64,000 nt of DNA from Planctomycetota bacterium (GCA_965223265.1 OZ244999.1:4896001-4960000), one strand, 5' to 3'; shown: positions 36,999-47,983, counted from the first letter of the stretch. A program made the numbers and translations. The notes: a model not told the origin generated them from the letters alone.

Positions 36999-38294
36999 CT
37001 AGCGTCCAGCTTGACCGATGCAGTAGAGAACTTCCTGGCGGCGCCCCGCCACACTGCGCCCCACACGCATGTAGATGCGGCTGGAGCAAATCGCCGGCGT
37101 CGCGAACACTTCCCCCGCAAGCTCGTTCTCGGCGACGAGCTCAAAGGCTTTCGGGTCGGCCTTGAAGACAAACGTCTTGCCGACCTCGTTGGTGACATAA
37201 ATCCGATCGCCGACAAGCACCGGCGATGAGCTGAACGTGCCGCCGAGCCGGCCTTTCCACATCTCGTTACCCGTCGCACTGTCCCAGCAGTTGGCGATGC
37301 CAGCGTCGGCAACGCCGTAGAGATAGCCGTCGTGAACCAACATCGATGGCACGTAGACACGCACCGTGTTCTCCCACGTGATCTCTTTCGAACCGTCCGC
37401 CTCGACGGCAGAAACGTGGTTCTTGGGATAGCCGCCGCTGGTGAAGATTCGCGCCCCGTCGGTGACGGTCGAGGTAACGCACTCCGTCGTCGCGCCTTCC
37501 ACCTCCCAGAGCTTCTCGCCGGTGAGGGGGTCAAAGCTGACGATGAGATCGCAACCGACCAGGAAGAGTTGTTCGCGGCCACCGGCGGTCAAAATGATCG
37601 GTGATGGATAGTTTGGCTTTTCGGGACGCTCCACACGCCAGACGATGTCCCCGGTGGCTCGGTTCATCGCACACAACGCCCCACCACTCTTGTTGTCGGC
37701 GGAGACGATGACGAGGTCGCGATAGATCGTCGGCGATGACCCGTAGCCCTGATGGACGACGTAGTCGCTGATCTTGGTTTGCCATAGTTGATCGCCTGCC
37801 CGGCTCAGCGCGGTCGTGTGCACCGCGTCACCATTCAAGAAGTTGACGAAAAACCTTTCGCCGTCACACGCCAAGGTCGTAGATGCCTGCGATGCCTTCT
37901 TGTTGCCGCCTTTTTCCAATCCCCCCTTGTGCACGTCCGTCTTCCAGAGGAGGTCGCCGTTCTTGCGGTGAAAGCAGAGGACCGACTGAATCTCTTTTTC
38001 TTCGTCAGCGGTCGCGAGCACGACTTGGTCGCCCACGACAATCGGTGAACCATGACCGCGTCCCGGGACGTCGCTTTGCCAGAGGACGTTCTCGCTTTCG
38101 CTCCAGGTAAGCGGCAGGTCTTGGTCACTTGCGGCAATGCCGTTGCGCTGGAGCCCACGCCACCACGGCCAATCGTCAGCGGTGAACGCACTTGCGATCG
38201 GGTCGCCAGCTCGATTCGAAGCCGTGCAGGAAACGATGCCAACGAAAACGAAAGGCATGAAGAGAACGAGCGAGTAGCGTCGAGGCGTGATCAT
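36999..38294 (-). CDS. PQQ-binding-like beta-propeller protein (planctomycete BamB-like family), possible lipoprotein
   Basis: DWPWWRG, PGRGHGSPIV, GYGSSP, FSSSPV, FATPAI; IVSC after hydrophobic stretch. Confidence 0.88.
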   Translation of the reverse strand: MITPRRYSLVLFMPFVFVGIVSCTASNRAGDPIASAFTADDWPWWRGLQRNGIAASDQDLPLTWSESENVLWQSDVPGRGHGSPIVVGDQVVLATADEEKEIQSVLCFHRKNGDLLWKTDVHKGGLEKGGNKKASQASTTLACDGERFFVNFLNGDAVHTTALSRAGDQLWQTKISDYVVHQGYGSSPTIYRDLVIVSADNKSGGALCAMNRATGDIVWRVERPEKPNYPSPIILTAGGREQLFLVGCDLIVSFDPLTGEKLWEVEGATTECVTSTVTDGARIFTSGGYPKNHVSAVEADGSKEITWENTVRVYVPSMLVHDGYLYGVADAGIANCWDSATGNEMWKGRLGGTFSSSPVLVGDRIYVTNEVGKTFVFKADPKAFELVAENELAGEVFATPAICSSRIYMRVGRSVAGRRQEVLYCIGQAGR

Positions 38295-38516
38295 TTTGCG
38301 ACAAAACCTTGCAGAAAAGGGCACAGGGACTTGCTAGGCCAGCCCCAAAGCCTAACGATCGCGACGCTGGAAAGCCAGCCCCGGGAGGTGCGGCCGCCGG
38401 GGGGGCGCGACTGGATTTTTTCCGCAGCGATGTCGCGCGGTTCGCACCGTCGGACACACTGCGAGTGCCGACCTTTGGCGTGCTGAGACTCATGCGGCGA
38501 TGTGAAGGTGTCTGCC

Positions 38517-39884
38517 TCAAGGTGGCAGCACCAGCGTCGGTTCCGTCTCGTCGACGAACCACAAGTCTTCCGCCCCATACAGATCGGCGCCACCCTCGTC
38601 GATAAAATCTTCTCCGACCGAGTAGACTATGCGGCGCTCCACCTCCGCGTGCGTGCCGTAGCGCAGCGGCTTGCCGTCGTACGGATCCAGTGGCACCTGA
38701 GGTAAGAATTCCGGCACCAGTTCAGTGAGCGAATCCGGGTAACGGCCGTGCACTTGGCGATAGTGCATCAGTGCGATGAAACAGATGGTCGCGCGAAGTT
38801 GGAATCGGAGCGCCGCGCGGCGATACTGGATTGGTGGCGGGCACGACAGCACGTAGGCGACCAGCCAATACCCCCTGCCGAGTGGATCCGCTTTGGGCTT
38901 TGGATTTGGCTCGACGGAAATCAGAGCATCAGATTGATTCTCGACAGCGACCCGATAGGACTTCGAGAGCAGCTCCAACATGCGGTTGCGACGAAACGTC
39001 AACGCCGCCCAAACTCGCCACAGAGGATTAATCGTCCCGCCCTCAGCTTCGACTGATTCGACGACGTCGTCGAGATCACTGTTTCGCATGACGCTGTAAT
39101 CCGCTCGGAATACGTCTTTCATCACGGCGGAGCTCACTTCCAAGGACCTCAGTTCCTCGCCAAGCCTACGCAAATCTTTGGTCGACTGCTCAGAAGAGGC
39201 CACCAACGCCAACGTGCAATTGACACCGATTCCCTTGATCGCCATGCCGACCGCACACTGGGTGACGGAGCCCTGCCCCAGCTCGATCCGGTGTCCAAAT
39301 CGTGCGATCTTCAATGCGTCTTCGAGCGCAATTCTCCCGTCGCCACCGAGCCGCTGGAGATTCGCGCGTAGAGCCACGAGGTAGGTCAAAACACGCCAAT
39401 CGGCCATGTACGGCACTCGCTCGTTGATCGAGTTCGAGTGACGCACCTGAAAGTCCGGTCGCTGCAGGCTGCGCTCGAACCGCTCGAGCACCTCGGTGTT
39501 CTCGGCCAGCGCCTGCTCAATCGCCGCGACATCCGAGGCGACGTCGGCAGGAGCCTTTGCCACGTCGTCGTCATCTTCTCGAGAGCTCGCTGCTTCGCCC
39601 TCGATATCAAGATCGATCGCAACGAAATCGCGATAGACTTCTCGCGCCCATCCGACTCGCTGCCCCAGCTCGTCCGGCAATGTCGCCGCGTCACCGGGCA
39701 GATCAACGTCGAGAAAGCCGTTGTCGGCGTCCTTGACCTGTCGGCGCGCCAGCAGGAGATCGCTGTCATCGATCGGCGCAATGTCAGGCCACAAAGCGAA
39801 GCACGCAAGGATGGCGAGCAGGATCAGAAAAACACCGCAAAGAGTCTTCACGAAAACACTGAAGAGTCGCCAGCGTTTCGCCAT
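38517..39884 (-). CDS. Membrane-anchored hypothetical protein with GspG-like C-terminal motif
   Basis: GGAGG RBS; N-terminal TM; YRQVHGRYPDSLTELVPEFLPQVPLDPYDGKPLRY...YSVGEDFIDEGG. Confidence 0.75.
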   Translation of the reverse strand: MAKRWRLFSVFVKTLCGVFLILLAILACFALWPDIAPIDDSDLLLARRQVKDADNGFLDVDLPGDAATLPDELGQRVGWAREVYRDFVAIDLDIEGEAASSREDDDDVAKAPADVASDVAAIEQALAENTEVLERFERSLQRPDFQVRHSNSINERVPYMADWRVLTYLVALRANLQRLGGDGRIALEDALKIARFGHRIELGQGSVTQCAVGMAIKGIGVNCTLALVASSEQSTKDLRRLGEELRSLEVSSAVMKDVFRADYSVMRNSDLDDVVESVEAEGGTINPLWRVWAALTFRRNRMLELLSKSYRVAVENQSDALISVEPNPKPKADPLGRGYWLVAYVLSCPPPIQYRRAALRFQLRATICFIALMHYRQVHGRYPDSLTELVPEFLPQVPLDPYDGKPLRYGTHAEVERRIVYSVGEDFIDEGGADLYGAEDLWFVDETEPTLVLPP

Positions 39885-40148
39885 ACAGACTGCCTCCGTT
39901 CGGACGTGGAACACGCCGGTGGCTCGTCGGTCGGGAGGGACACCGTGGTTTCAACGGCGCAACTGCGTTCAACGCGCGACGCGGCCGGCGCCAACAATTG
40001 ACAGGCAAGATACCAGGACGGACCGCTTCGAGGTAGGTTGGATCGAAGATCTTTTGTGATGCTCAGCCGCACTCCGCGGCGCGAAGACTTGGGCAAAAGT
40101 CGAGGCGAACGCGCCATCTACTGACCTGACTGTCCGGCGCCCACGCCC

Positions 40149-43100
40149 TCACCCACGCTTCGGCTTCGACTTGTCCGGCAGCGGCGGCTTCTCGTGATGG
40201 TTCACCGGCTCGGCGGCGATGCGTGCCTCGAGCTCCGCGATGGCACGGTCGAGCTGTGGATCCCGTCGCGCGCGCCAGTCCTCAGGCAGTATGTCGAGCT
40301 CGATGTCCGGCTCGACCCCACGGTTCTCGAGTCCCCAGCCTTTCTTCGGATGCCACCACGCGAATTCCGGTTGGCTGCTCATGCCTCCATCGATGAAGGC
40401 CTTGTCTCGACGGATGCCGACGACGCCGCCCCACGAACGCATGCCGATCACTGGCCCCAACCCGAGCACCTGGAAACTCTCAGGAAAAATATCGCCGTCG
40501 GAACCAGCGTTCTGGTTCGTCAACACCACCTTGTGGCCGATGTGGACGCGGAATGGATACGTGTAGTCGACTCCGCGCCGCGGCGTCATGTAAGCCCACA
40601 GCGTACGCCGCAGCCGATCAATCACCAGCTGCGAGACGTTGCCACCGCCGTTGTAACGCACATCGATGATGAGGCCAGGCTTCGCGACTTGCGGATAGAA
40701 CGCCTTGGCGAACTCGGTCAAGCCGCGCCCGCTCATGTCAGGTAGGTGGAGATAACCGATGCGACCGCCCGAGGCGCGTTCGACATACTCGCGGTTGCGC
40801 CGCACCCAGTCCCTCAGCCGGAGGTTTCTCTCGTCAGCGAGAGTGTTGATTTGGATGTTGCGTGCGTCGCCGCGGTCTGCAGATAGTCCCACTGTCAAGA
40901 CGACCTCCTGCTCGGCGCGGTTGGCGAGTGCATCGTAGACGTTGGCGCTTGCTGGCAGATCTCTCCCGTCGACGGCGAAAAGATACTCGCCCTCCTGGAC
41001 TCTCGCATGGCTCATGGTGAGCGGCGAACGCACGTCGGTTTCCCACACTTCAGGTCGCAGGATGCGTGCGAAGCGGTGGAGTCCGCTCGCCTCGTCGACT
41101 TCGAGCTCCGCCCCTAGAAGCCCGACGCCCACCCGCCGCGCCTGCTCGAGATCTCCACCTGTGATATACGTGTGCGACGTGCCAAGCTCCGCGAACATCT
41201 GCCCGATGAGGTCATTGAGCTCGTCGCGCGAACCAATCCGCGGCAGCAGAACTTCGTACTTCTTTCGGATGTCGACCCAGTCGACGTTGGCCAAGTTCTC
41301 GGCCCAATAAAAGTCTCGCTGCAGCCGCCAAGCCTCGACGAAAATCTGTCGCCACTCCGCAGAAGGCTCCACTCGCAGCGACAACTCAGAGGGGTCCAAG
41401 GCATCGGCGTCTCGTTCACCCTTCGAGTCCACTCCCTCGACGAGGATCTTTTTGTCGACACGGTAGGCTATGCGCTTGCCATCGCCGCTCAGTGTGTAGT
41501 CAGAAACTCTTTCGGCGCGGACGCTCTCCTCCTTGGCTTTCAGGTCGTAAGCCATGAGGCGATTCTTGGCATCTTTTTCAAACAGCCCACGGCGCCCACG
41601 CATCGGTTGCCGGAGATAAAAGACCTTGTCCGCGGTCGCTCGCAGCGCGCCGTACGCGTCCGCAGCGACGGGAAACTCGACGACGCGGGAGGTAATCCCT
41701 TGAATATCGATTTCAACGGGCGCGACCACCGTTTCCGTCTTCGCGCCACGCTTTGCAGCATCGTTCACCGGATCGGGTGCCGTGTCGGCGTCACTCGCAC
41801 CGTCCTCCAAGAGCTCGTCGGGAAGGAAGGGTGACTTTCCGTTAGCTTGAAGGATCACCGCGCACGGCTTCTCCGTGCGCGTCACGATGAACTGATAGTC
41901 AAGTTCGCCGTGCAGCGGGTTGAACGAGCGCGACGACAGGAAGTAGAGGTAGCGGCCCTTGGGGTCCCACGCCGGACTCGTCTCGCGCGTGAAGTTCGTT
42001 GTCACGGGAAAAGAGTGCTGCTCGCTCATGCTATAGATATGAATCGTGTCGAGCTCGTTCGCTTCCGGCTTAACGTACGCAAGCCAAGCAGAGTCGGGCG
42101 AGAACACGTACTCGCGAATCTCCCAGGCCGCGCTGCGATCGACGAGCTTCGACTCCTTCGTTTGCACATCGACGACGAAAAGACTGAAGGTGTAATCGGC
42201 GTAGGCGATGGACTTGCCGTCGGGAGCCCATGCTGGCCCGAAGACCCACCCTCTGCCGCCATCGGTGATCAGCGTCGGCTCCGAACCTGCGGCAAGATCG
42301 AGGACGGCGATTTCCTGCTCGCCGCTCTGATCCGTCACGTAGGCGATACGCTTCCCGTCGGCAGAAAATACCGGCTCGCGCTCCCGCACCCCCGAGGAGC
42401 GCATGAGTTGGCGACGCCGTCCCTTGTTCGTTCGCACCGTCCAAATCTCGCCGCGCGAGCAGATCGCGAGGTTCTTGCCCCCTGTGTCAAGCACGTAGCC
42501 CTCGACGGTCTTCGACGCGTCTTCGAACCGAGCGTGCTGTCGGACGCGATCGCTCGGAATCTCGATGGGGATCCGCTTCGCCTCGCCACCGCGAGTCGAT
42601 GTAATCCACAGGTCGCCGCCGAGCATGTAGACGATCCGGTCGCCGTTCAGGTCTGGCCAGCGGACGTCGTAATCAGTGTGATGGGTCACGGCTTCGACGC
42701 CGCCGCCATCGACGCCCATGCGGTAGAGATTCATCGTGCCGCTTCGGTCCGACGCGAAGTAGATTCGCTCCCCGTGCCACATCGGAAAGCGGTCGGTCCC
42801 TTTCCAGTCCGTGAGGCGCGAAAAGGTGCCGCTTTCGAGGTCGCCGACCCACACATCTTGCGCACGTCCGCCGTAGTAACGTTTCCAGTTGCGAAACTCG
42901 CGCGAGAAACGATTGAACGCGAGGCGACGGCCGTCGGCGGCGAAACTCACCAGCGCCGCAGGTCCGATGTCGATCGGTTCGGGATGACCACCTGCAGCCG
43001 CAACACGAAAGAGACGAAGCTCACGAGCATTCGAAGCGCGTGAGCTTCGAAAGACAACCGATTCGCCGTCGGCACTCCAGGCAACGACCTCGTCGCGCGC

Positions 43101-43445
43101 GGGATGGAACGTCAGTCGACGCGGCTCGCCGCCGTCAATCGGCATGACGAAAACGTCGCGGTTGCCGTGGTAGTCCCCTGAAAAAGCGATCAGCTTGCCC
43201 GCCGGGTGAATCTTCGTGAACAGCTCACTGCCGTTGTGCGTCGTGAGACGAAGCGCGAGTCCACCTGAAGCCGCGACGCGCCAGAGATCACCCTCCGCCG
43301 CAAAGACGACGGTGTCGTCGTGGATCGCTGGAAAACGGTAGTACCCCTGCACCGCGGAAATAAGCGGCGAGTTTGCTGCGAGCAGCAACACAAGGGCGCA
43401 CCAAAACCGGGTTTTTCGACACAACTTTCGCACGGCTGTGGCCAT
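40149..43445 (-). CDS. Tricorn protease homolog (S41)
   Basis: GYYRFPAIHDDTVVFAAEGDLW, PD40-like propellers, SHTY, PDZ-like segment, DVRYNGGG, GSDGD, RSWGGVVG, GVEPDI. Confidence 0.95.
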   Translation of the reverse strand: MATAVRKLCRKTRFWCALVLLLAANSPLISAVQGYYRFPAIHDDTVVFAAEGDLWRVAASGGLALRLTTHNGSELFTKIHPAGKLIAFSGDYHGNRDVFVMPIDGGEPRRLTFHPARDEVVAWSADGESVVFRSSRASNARELRLFRVAAAGGHPEPIDIGPAALVSFAADGRRLAFNRFSREFRNWKRYYGGRAQDVWVGDLESGTFSRLTDWKGTDRFPMWHGERIYFASDRSGTMNLYRMGVDGGGVEAVTHHTDYDVRWPDLNGDRIVYMLGGDLWITSTRGGEAKRIPIEIPSDRVRQHARFEDASKTVEGYVLDTGGKNLAICSRGEIWTVRTNKGRRRQLMRSSGVREREPVFSADGKRIAYVTDQSGEQEIAVLDLAAGSEPTLITDGGRGWVFGPAWAPDGKSIAYADYTFSLFVVDVQTKESKLVDRSAAWEIREYVFSPDSAWLAYVKPEANELDTIHIYSMSEQHSFPVTTNFTRETSPAWDPKGRYLYFLSSRSFNPLHGELDYQFIVTRTEKPCAVILQANGKSPFLPDELLEDGASDADTAPDPVNDAAKRGAKTETVVAPVEIDIQGITSRVVEFPVAADAYGALRATADKVFYLRQPMRGRRGLFEKDAKNRLMAYDLKAKEESVRAERVSDYTLSGDGKRIAYRVDKKILVEGVDSKGERDADALDPSELSLRVEPSAEWRQIFVEAWRLQRDFYWAENLANVDWVDIRKKYEVLLPRIGSRDELNDLIGQMFAELGTSHTYITGGDLEQARRVGVGLLGAELEVDEASGLHRFARILRPEVWETDVRSPLTMSHARVQEGEYLFAVDGRDLPASANVYDALANRAEQEVVLTVGLSADRGDARNIQINTLADERNLRLRDWVRRNREYVERASGGRIGYLHLPDMSGRGLTEFAKAFYPQVAKPGLIIDVRYNGGGNVSQLVIDRLRRTLWAYMTPRRGVDYTYPFRVHIGHKVVLTNQNAGSDGDIFPESFQVLGLGPVIGMRSWGGVVGIRRDKAFIDGGMSSQPEFAWWHPKKGWGLENRGVEPDIELDILPEDWRARRDPQLDRAIAELEARIAAEPVNHHEKPPLPDKSKPKRG

Positions 43446-43656
43446 GGGATCGGCGCTCCGAACTGCCTTCGCTCGCAAGAGATGTGAATCACTTCTGACA
43501 CCAATCTACACGCTTTGAAGTGGCGCTGCGACGGTTCTACGAAAATGGGTCTGCGGTGCTGGTGGCTCGTTCGCGCAGTGACTTGTGAGGCCCAACGCCT
43601 CGCGGTTCTCCCGAATCACCTCTAAATCACTTCCCGCCACCAAAAAGGAGTCACCC

Positions 43657-46600
43657 ATGCAGCCCAAACAATCCCCTCACCAACCAGGCACACCTCTTTC
43701 GCAAAGCACTTGTGTCTCACGCTCTCTCTACGTTCTCGTCTGCGCCTGCGGTCTCGCCGCCGCCCAGCTTGCTGTCGGCGCCGAGCGGGTTGACTACTAT
43801 GTTCCCAACAGCGTCAGGATCGACGTCGAGGCGAGTGGCGGCGGCAGCGCTGCCTGGCAGCTCGTCAGCGAACGAGACACTGACGGCCGATGGATCGTTG
43901 ACGACGCCTTCTGGCGCCCTGCGAGCTATACCGAGACGAACGTGCCTCCCGGGTGCTACGGCGTCGTCTTTCGCGCCGCACCCGGTTGGAGCCCACCTGC
44001 GGAAATGAGGCTCGAGCTCACGGGCGGTGAAGAATTCTCGCGCACCGTGTCGCTCGCCAAAGTGCCAGAATACGTCGTCGGAGAAATCCCGCCACTTTCA
44101 GTCCGGCACGGTGAGACGCTCCGGTTCGCGATCGAGTCGTTCGACGCCAACCTCGAGTTTGAGCCGCACCCGGACGTCGAGCGCGACATCACGTTCGACG
44201 GTCGCGTCTTCGCGTACACACCGAGCCCTGCTGAACGCGTCGCGTTCACGGTAACGCTGACGCTCAGCTCCGGAGTCGAACAGACGATCGCCGTGGCGCC
44301 CACCGCCGAAACGCAGCCAGAGCAGACCATCTTGCAGTACCGCGGCGACCTTGTCGATGCAGAAGCGAAAACCTATCTCAAGGTGATCGAGGAAGACCTC
44401 GGCGAGGAAAACTTCAACTACCGAACAAGGAACGTTCGCAGAGTCGTGATCTCCGGACCGACTGTGGTGTTCGAAGCCGGTCACGAAAACGACCTCTACA
44501 CTCTCTACGCCGATGGCGTCGACGACATCAAGGAGATGGAAATCTACGCCGACACCGTCGTCTTCCGCAGTCCCACCCGTCTCCAAGGGACGACGGTATC
44601 GATCTTCGCCAGGCAGCTGCGCTTCGAGGATCTCGGAGAGGAACCGGCCTCCCTTAGCACCGTCCCTGCGGAGATCTCCACGACCTCGAACTCTGACGGC
44701 GCGCATGGCCTTCCCGCCGGCGACGTCACCCTCAACGTCGCCAGCATGGTCGCACCAGGTTCGGATCCGCGGTTGATCCTGCGCGGCGGTGAGGGTCAAG
44801 ACCCACATCCGGGCGCCGACGGCGGCAGCTGGCCGTCGCTCTCGTGGTACAGCGAGCCGGACGGTCATTCTAACGGTTGGCCCACGAGCGGTGTGGTCAC
44901 GTATGTCAAGCAGAAGTCAACCTGTGGTCCGCTGGACTCGAGGACAGACGACTGGGGCACAACTGCTTGCCCGAAGAACGGCAAGAATGCCGTCGCGGCG
45001 AAGGTGCCCGGCGATGGTGGAGCAGCGGGGAGATTGAGTGTGCCTTTCGGCGTCGATTCGAGCATCGTCGACATCCGCGGGGGCAATCCGGGGAAGGACG
45101 GCCCTGACCGCTTCGGCGGCCGTGCGCAGGGACCGAGCAAGGTCCACCACGTCTACCGAGTGTGCGCCCTGAAGTACGAGTTTCCCATCTCATGCCGCGG
45201 GATTTCCTCGTGTGACAACTGGAGCATTACGAAGACCTGCCCGACGCCCAAAGACGGCGTCGACCAGCCCGGCACCTTTGGCTCGCCAGGCGTCGACGGA
45301 ATCGTGGAAGGTACAACCGCGATCGATGGCTGGCTGCAACCGGTGACGATTCGGACGCTCCTGCAATACGCCAAAGATGTGTACCTCAACGGGCACGTCG
45401 ATGCCGTCGCGACGATCTTGGCGCCTTACGACACAGCCCTCGCCAAAGTCGCAACGGACGGGGAGAGTTCTATGGAGCTCGTGCAGCTGGCGCAGGAAGT
45501 GAACACGCTACGGCATCGCGCCGCTGGGCACCTTGACTACTTCGGCAACCCCGCTGGTTGGGTGCCGATGCTGTCGTTCGAAGTCACGCGCGATCTGTTC
45601 GAGGACGAGGTCCAAGCTGCTGGCAACCTTCTCTACCTGACGTACTACCTGGGTGGCGAGATCGAAGGTGTCACCAACAAGCAGGCCGCGTTGAGTCGGC
45701 TGCGCGCCGAGCTTTGGGAAGAGATCGCCGCGTTCGAGTCCGAACTCGAGGAGCGTCGCTATGAGATCGAGGACTTGGCCGACGAAGCGGAAGCCATCGA
45801 CTCGGAAATCCGCGATCTCGGTCGCGACCTCAAGGCCCGTGCCGAGAATCTGCGCGAACAGGCAAAGCGAAACGCTGCGCTCAAGAAGTCGCTACGAGTC
45901 ACCGGGACGGTGTTGACGTCAATGCCAATCGGTCAACCGGCGCTCGGTCTTACGGGTATCGGCCTAACGTCCGCGTCGAAGTTCAATGAGGAAGACCCGA
46001 TCGACAGCGCCATCAATGGCACCAACGCAGCACATGAATTCCTCATGGCACAGATGCACCAGGACATGGAAGACTTCCAGACGGTGAGTGGTGCCGGTGA
46101 TCCGCGGCTCGGAGCGGCGATGCTGGCGCGGCAGAAGTCGATCCAGAGCCTCGACGCTGGTGTCGTCGGGGTCAACCAAGTCCTCCGGGAGGCGAAAAGC
46201 TGGGACAGCGACGTCGACGCCGAGGTGAGTCTGCTCATGTCAGAAGACCCACGTTCGAAGCAGCTCGTCGGAGCAATTCGAGAGCTCAACGTCCGCAAAC
46301 AGCGCTTCGTTGAAAGAATGGCCGCCGCAGTGCAGCGAGCGAAGTTTCTCATGACCAGCATCAATCAAGACTACCTTGCGCTCGACAGCCTGCAAAGAGA
46401 CCTGGTCGCTGTCACCGAAAAGATCGACCAAGAAGCATTCAGCTACATCAAAGAGATCGAACGCCGCGCCAAAGACCGCTTGCTCAAGTACCAGTACTAC
46501 CTCGCCAAGGCGTTCGAGTACCGCACGGTGCGACCATATGTCGGCAGCTTCCAGCTGGGCCGTATCTACGATTTCTTCGCTGACAACTTCACCAACACGA

Positions 46601-47853
46601 TCTCCGAGGTTCCGGGGGAGGCGATTCTCGATCCCGCGTCACTGATCGCGGTCTACGACGAGGAACTACGTACGATCACCGATGCGATCGTCGACGACCT
46701 TGCGCAGCGCCCACAAGAGCAGACGCTCCCGATCTTCTACACGCTCAGTCAAGAAGAGCTCGCACAGCTCAACACGCCGCCCTACTCGGTCAACCTCAAC
46801 CTGGTCGAGGTCGGCGCCGTCTTCAGTCGCACGCAGGAGAATCTGCGCATCTCCGAGCTCAAGGTTGAATCAGTGGCGGCGGCACCGCGCAGTGGAGCGA
46901 ACCGTGCGAACCTATCGATACTCCTTCAACACTCCGGTGTGTCGTTGATCTCGTCGGAGGGCGATACGTACAAATTCCACCACTACAACACCCTCGAGAC
47001 GCCGCCGATCACGTGGGAAGCGCAGTTCTCACCGTTTACGGGAGACCTGACGAACACCGAACCGAGCGAGGCGAGCCGCTCCCTTCTCAAGTCGCTCATC
47101 GGCGACACCGACGATCTCCTCCTCTACTCGCGGCCATCGGCCTGGGCGGACCTTCTCGTCACGAAGGAGACGCTTTCCGACTCCGTCGACATGGTGGTCA
47201 ACGAACTGACGCTGCGGGTCAGCGTTGACTTCGCTCGCAAGTCGAGCGGCCAATCAGACCTGGAGGTGAAGCCGGTGAACGCGGCAGGAGAAACGCTCGC
47301 GGCACGCGTGGCGCTCGGAGCCGCCGACCAGAACCGGCGACAGGATGGACGCGGGATCTTCACACGCGTCTTTCGCGCCGGTGAACGCGTCGAGCTCGAA
47401 GCATCCGCGTCCTACGGTTCGCAGGTGTTCGATCGCTGGGAATCACGCAGCGGAGAGCTTCTCGGCACCGAGCCGCGTCTCTCCGTGACGCTCCCGACGT
47501 CCCCGAACGGATCGGCGACGACTGCTAAGGTGCGGGCTGTCTACGCTCCCGGCGAGCTCGTCCCAGGCGGCGGCGACACGCCCTTCCGACGCGGCGACGC
47601 GAACACGGACGGTGGAGTCGACATGAGCGACGCGATCGCGATCCTCAACCGGCTCTTTGTCGGCGGTTCCGAACTGCCGTGCGAAGACGCCAGTGACACC
47701 AACGACGACGGTCGGGTCGATATCTCCGACCCCATGAACCTTCTTCTCCACCTCTTCGTCAGCGGTTCAGCGCCGCCAGCGCCACACGACGCCTGCGGCG
47801 AAGACCCAACCGACGACGGTCTCGATTGCGACGCGTTTGCTCCGTGCAGCTAA
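43657..47853 (+). CDS. Large secreted protein with Gly/Cys-rich region, long coiled-coil core and C-terminal dockerin-like module (possible TcA-like toxin)
   Basis: AAGGAG RBS; signal peptide; LDYFGNPAGWVPMLSF; heptad-rich helices flanking hydrophobic GTVLTSMPIGQPALGLTGIGL; FRRGDANTDG tail. CDS is solid, function is inferred. Confidence 0.8.
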   Translation: MQPKQSPHQPGTPLSQSTCVSRSLYVLVCACGLAAAQLAVGAERVDYYVPNSVRIDVEASGGGSAAWQLVSERDTDGRWIVDDAFWRPASYTETNVPPGCYGVVFRAAPGWSPPAEMRLELTGGEEFSRTVSLAKVPEYVVGEIPPLSVRHGETLRFAIESFDANLEFEPHPDVERDITFDGRVFAYTPSPAERVAFTVTLTLSSGVEQTIAVAPTAETQPEQTILQYRGDLVDAEAKTYLKVIEEDLGEENFNYRTRNVRRVVISGPTVVFEAGHENDLYTLYADGVDDIKEMEIYADTVVFRSPTRLQGTTVSIFARQLRFEDLGEEPASLSTVPAEISTTSNSDGAHGLPAGDVTLNVASMVAPGSDPRLILRGGEGQDPHPGADGGSWPSLSWYSEPDGHSNGWPTSGVVTYVKQKSTCGPLDSRTDDWGTTACPKNGKNAVAAKVPGDGGAAGRLSVPFGVDSSIVDIRGGNPGKDGPDRFGGRAQGPSKVHHVYRVCALKYEFPISCRGISSCDNWSITKTCPTPKDGVDQPGTFGSPGVDGIVEGTTAIDGWLQPVTIRTLLQYAKDVYLNGHVDAVATILAPYDTALAKVATDGESSMELVQLAQEVNTLRHRAAGHLDYFGNPAGWVPMLSFEVTRDLFEDEVQAAGNLLYLTYYLGGEIEGVTNKQAALSRLRAELWEEIAAFESELEERRYEIEDLADEAEAIDSEIRDLGRDLKARAENLREQAKRNAALKKSLRVTGTVLTSMPIGQPALGLTGIGLTSASKFNEEDPIDSAINGTNAAHEFLMAQMHQDMEDFQTVSGAGDPRLGAAMLARQKSIQSLDAGVVGVNQVLREAKSWDSDVDAEVSLLMSEDPRSKQLVGAIRELNVRKQRFVERMAAAVQRAKFLMTSINQDYLALDSLQRDLVAVTEKIDQEAFSYIKEIERRAKDRLLKYQYYLAKAFEYRTVRPYVGSFQLGRIYDFFADNFTNTISEVPGEAILDPASLIAVYDEELRTITDAIVDDLAQRPQEQTLPIFYTLSQEELAQLNTPPYSVNLNLVEVGAVFSRTQENLRISELKVESVAAAPRSGANRANLSILLQHSGVSLISSEGDTYKFHHYNTLETPPITWEAQFSPFTGDLTNTEPSEASRSLLKSLIGDTDDLLLYSRPSAWADLLVTKETLSDSVDMVVNELTLRVSVDFARKSSGQSDLEVKPVNAAGETLAARVALGAADQNRRQDGRGIFTRVFRAGERVELEASASYGSQVFDRWESRSGELLGTEPRLSVTLPTSPNGSATTAKVRAVYAPGELVPGGGDTPFRRGDANTDGGVDMSDAIAILNRLFVGGSELPCEDASDTNDDGRVDISDPMNLLLHLFVSGSAPPAPHDACGEDPTDDGLDCDAFAPCS

Positions 47854-47883
47854 CGTCCAAAGCCCAGCCCTTGAACCTGGAAC

Positions 47884-47920
47884 AGCTCGACCCCGACGAC
47901 GTTGGGGTCGAGCTTATTTC
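47884..47920. terminator. Intrinsic terminator between convergent genes
   Basis: AGCTCGACCCC/GGGGTCGAGCT 11-bp stem followed by TATTTC. Confidence 0.7.
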
Positions 47921-47983
47921 GTTTCACGCCGGCGCTCAGCCCGACGCATTCGGGAGCGAAGCGCAACAGCGAAGACCCGACAT

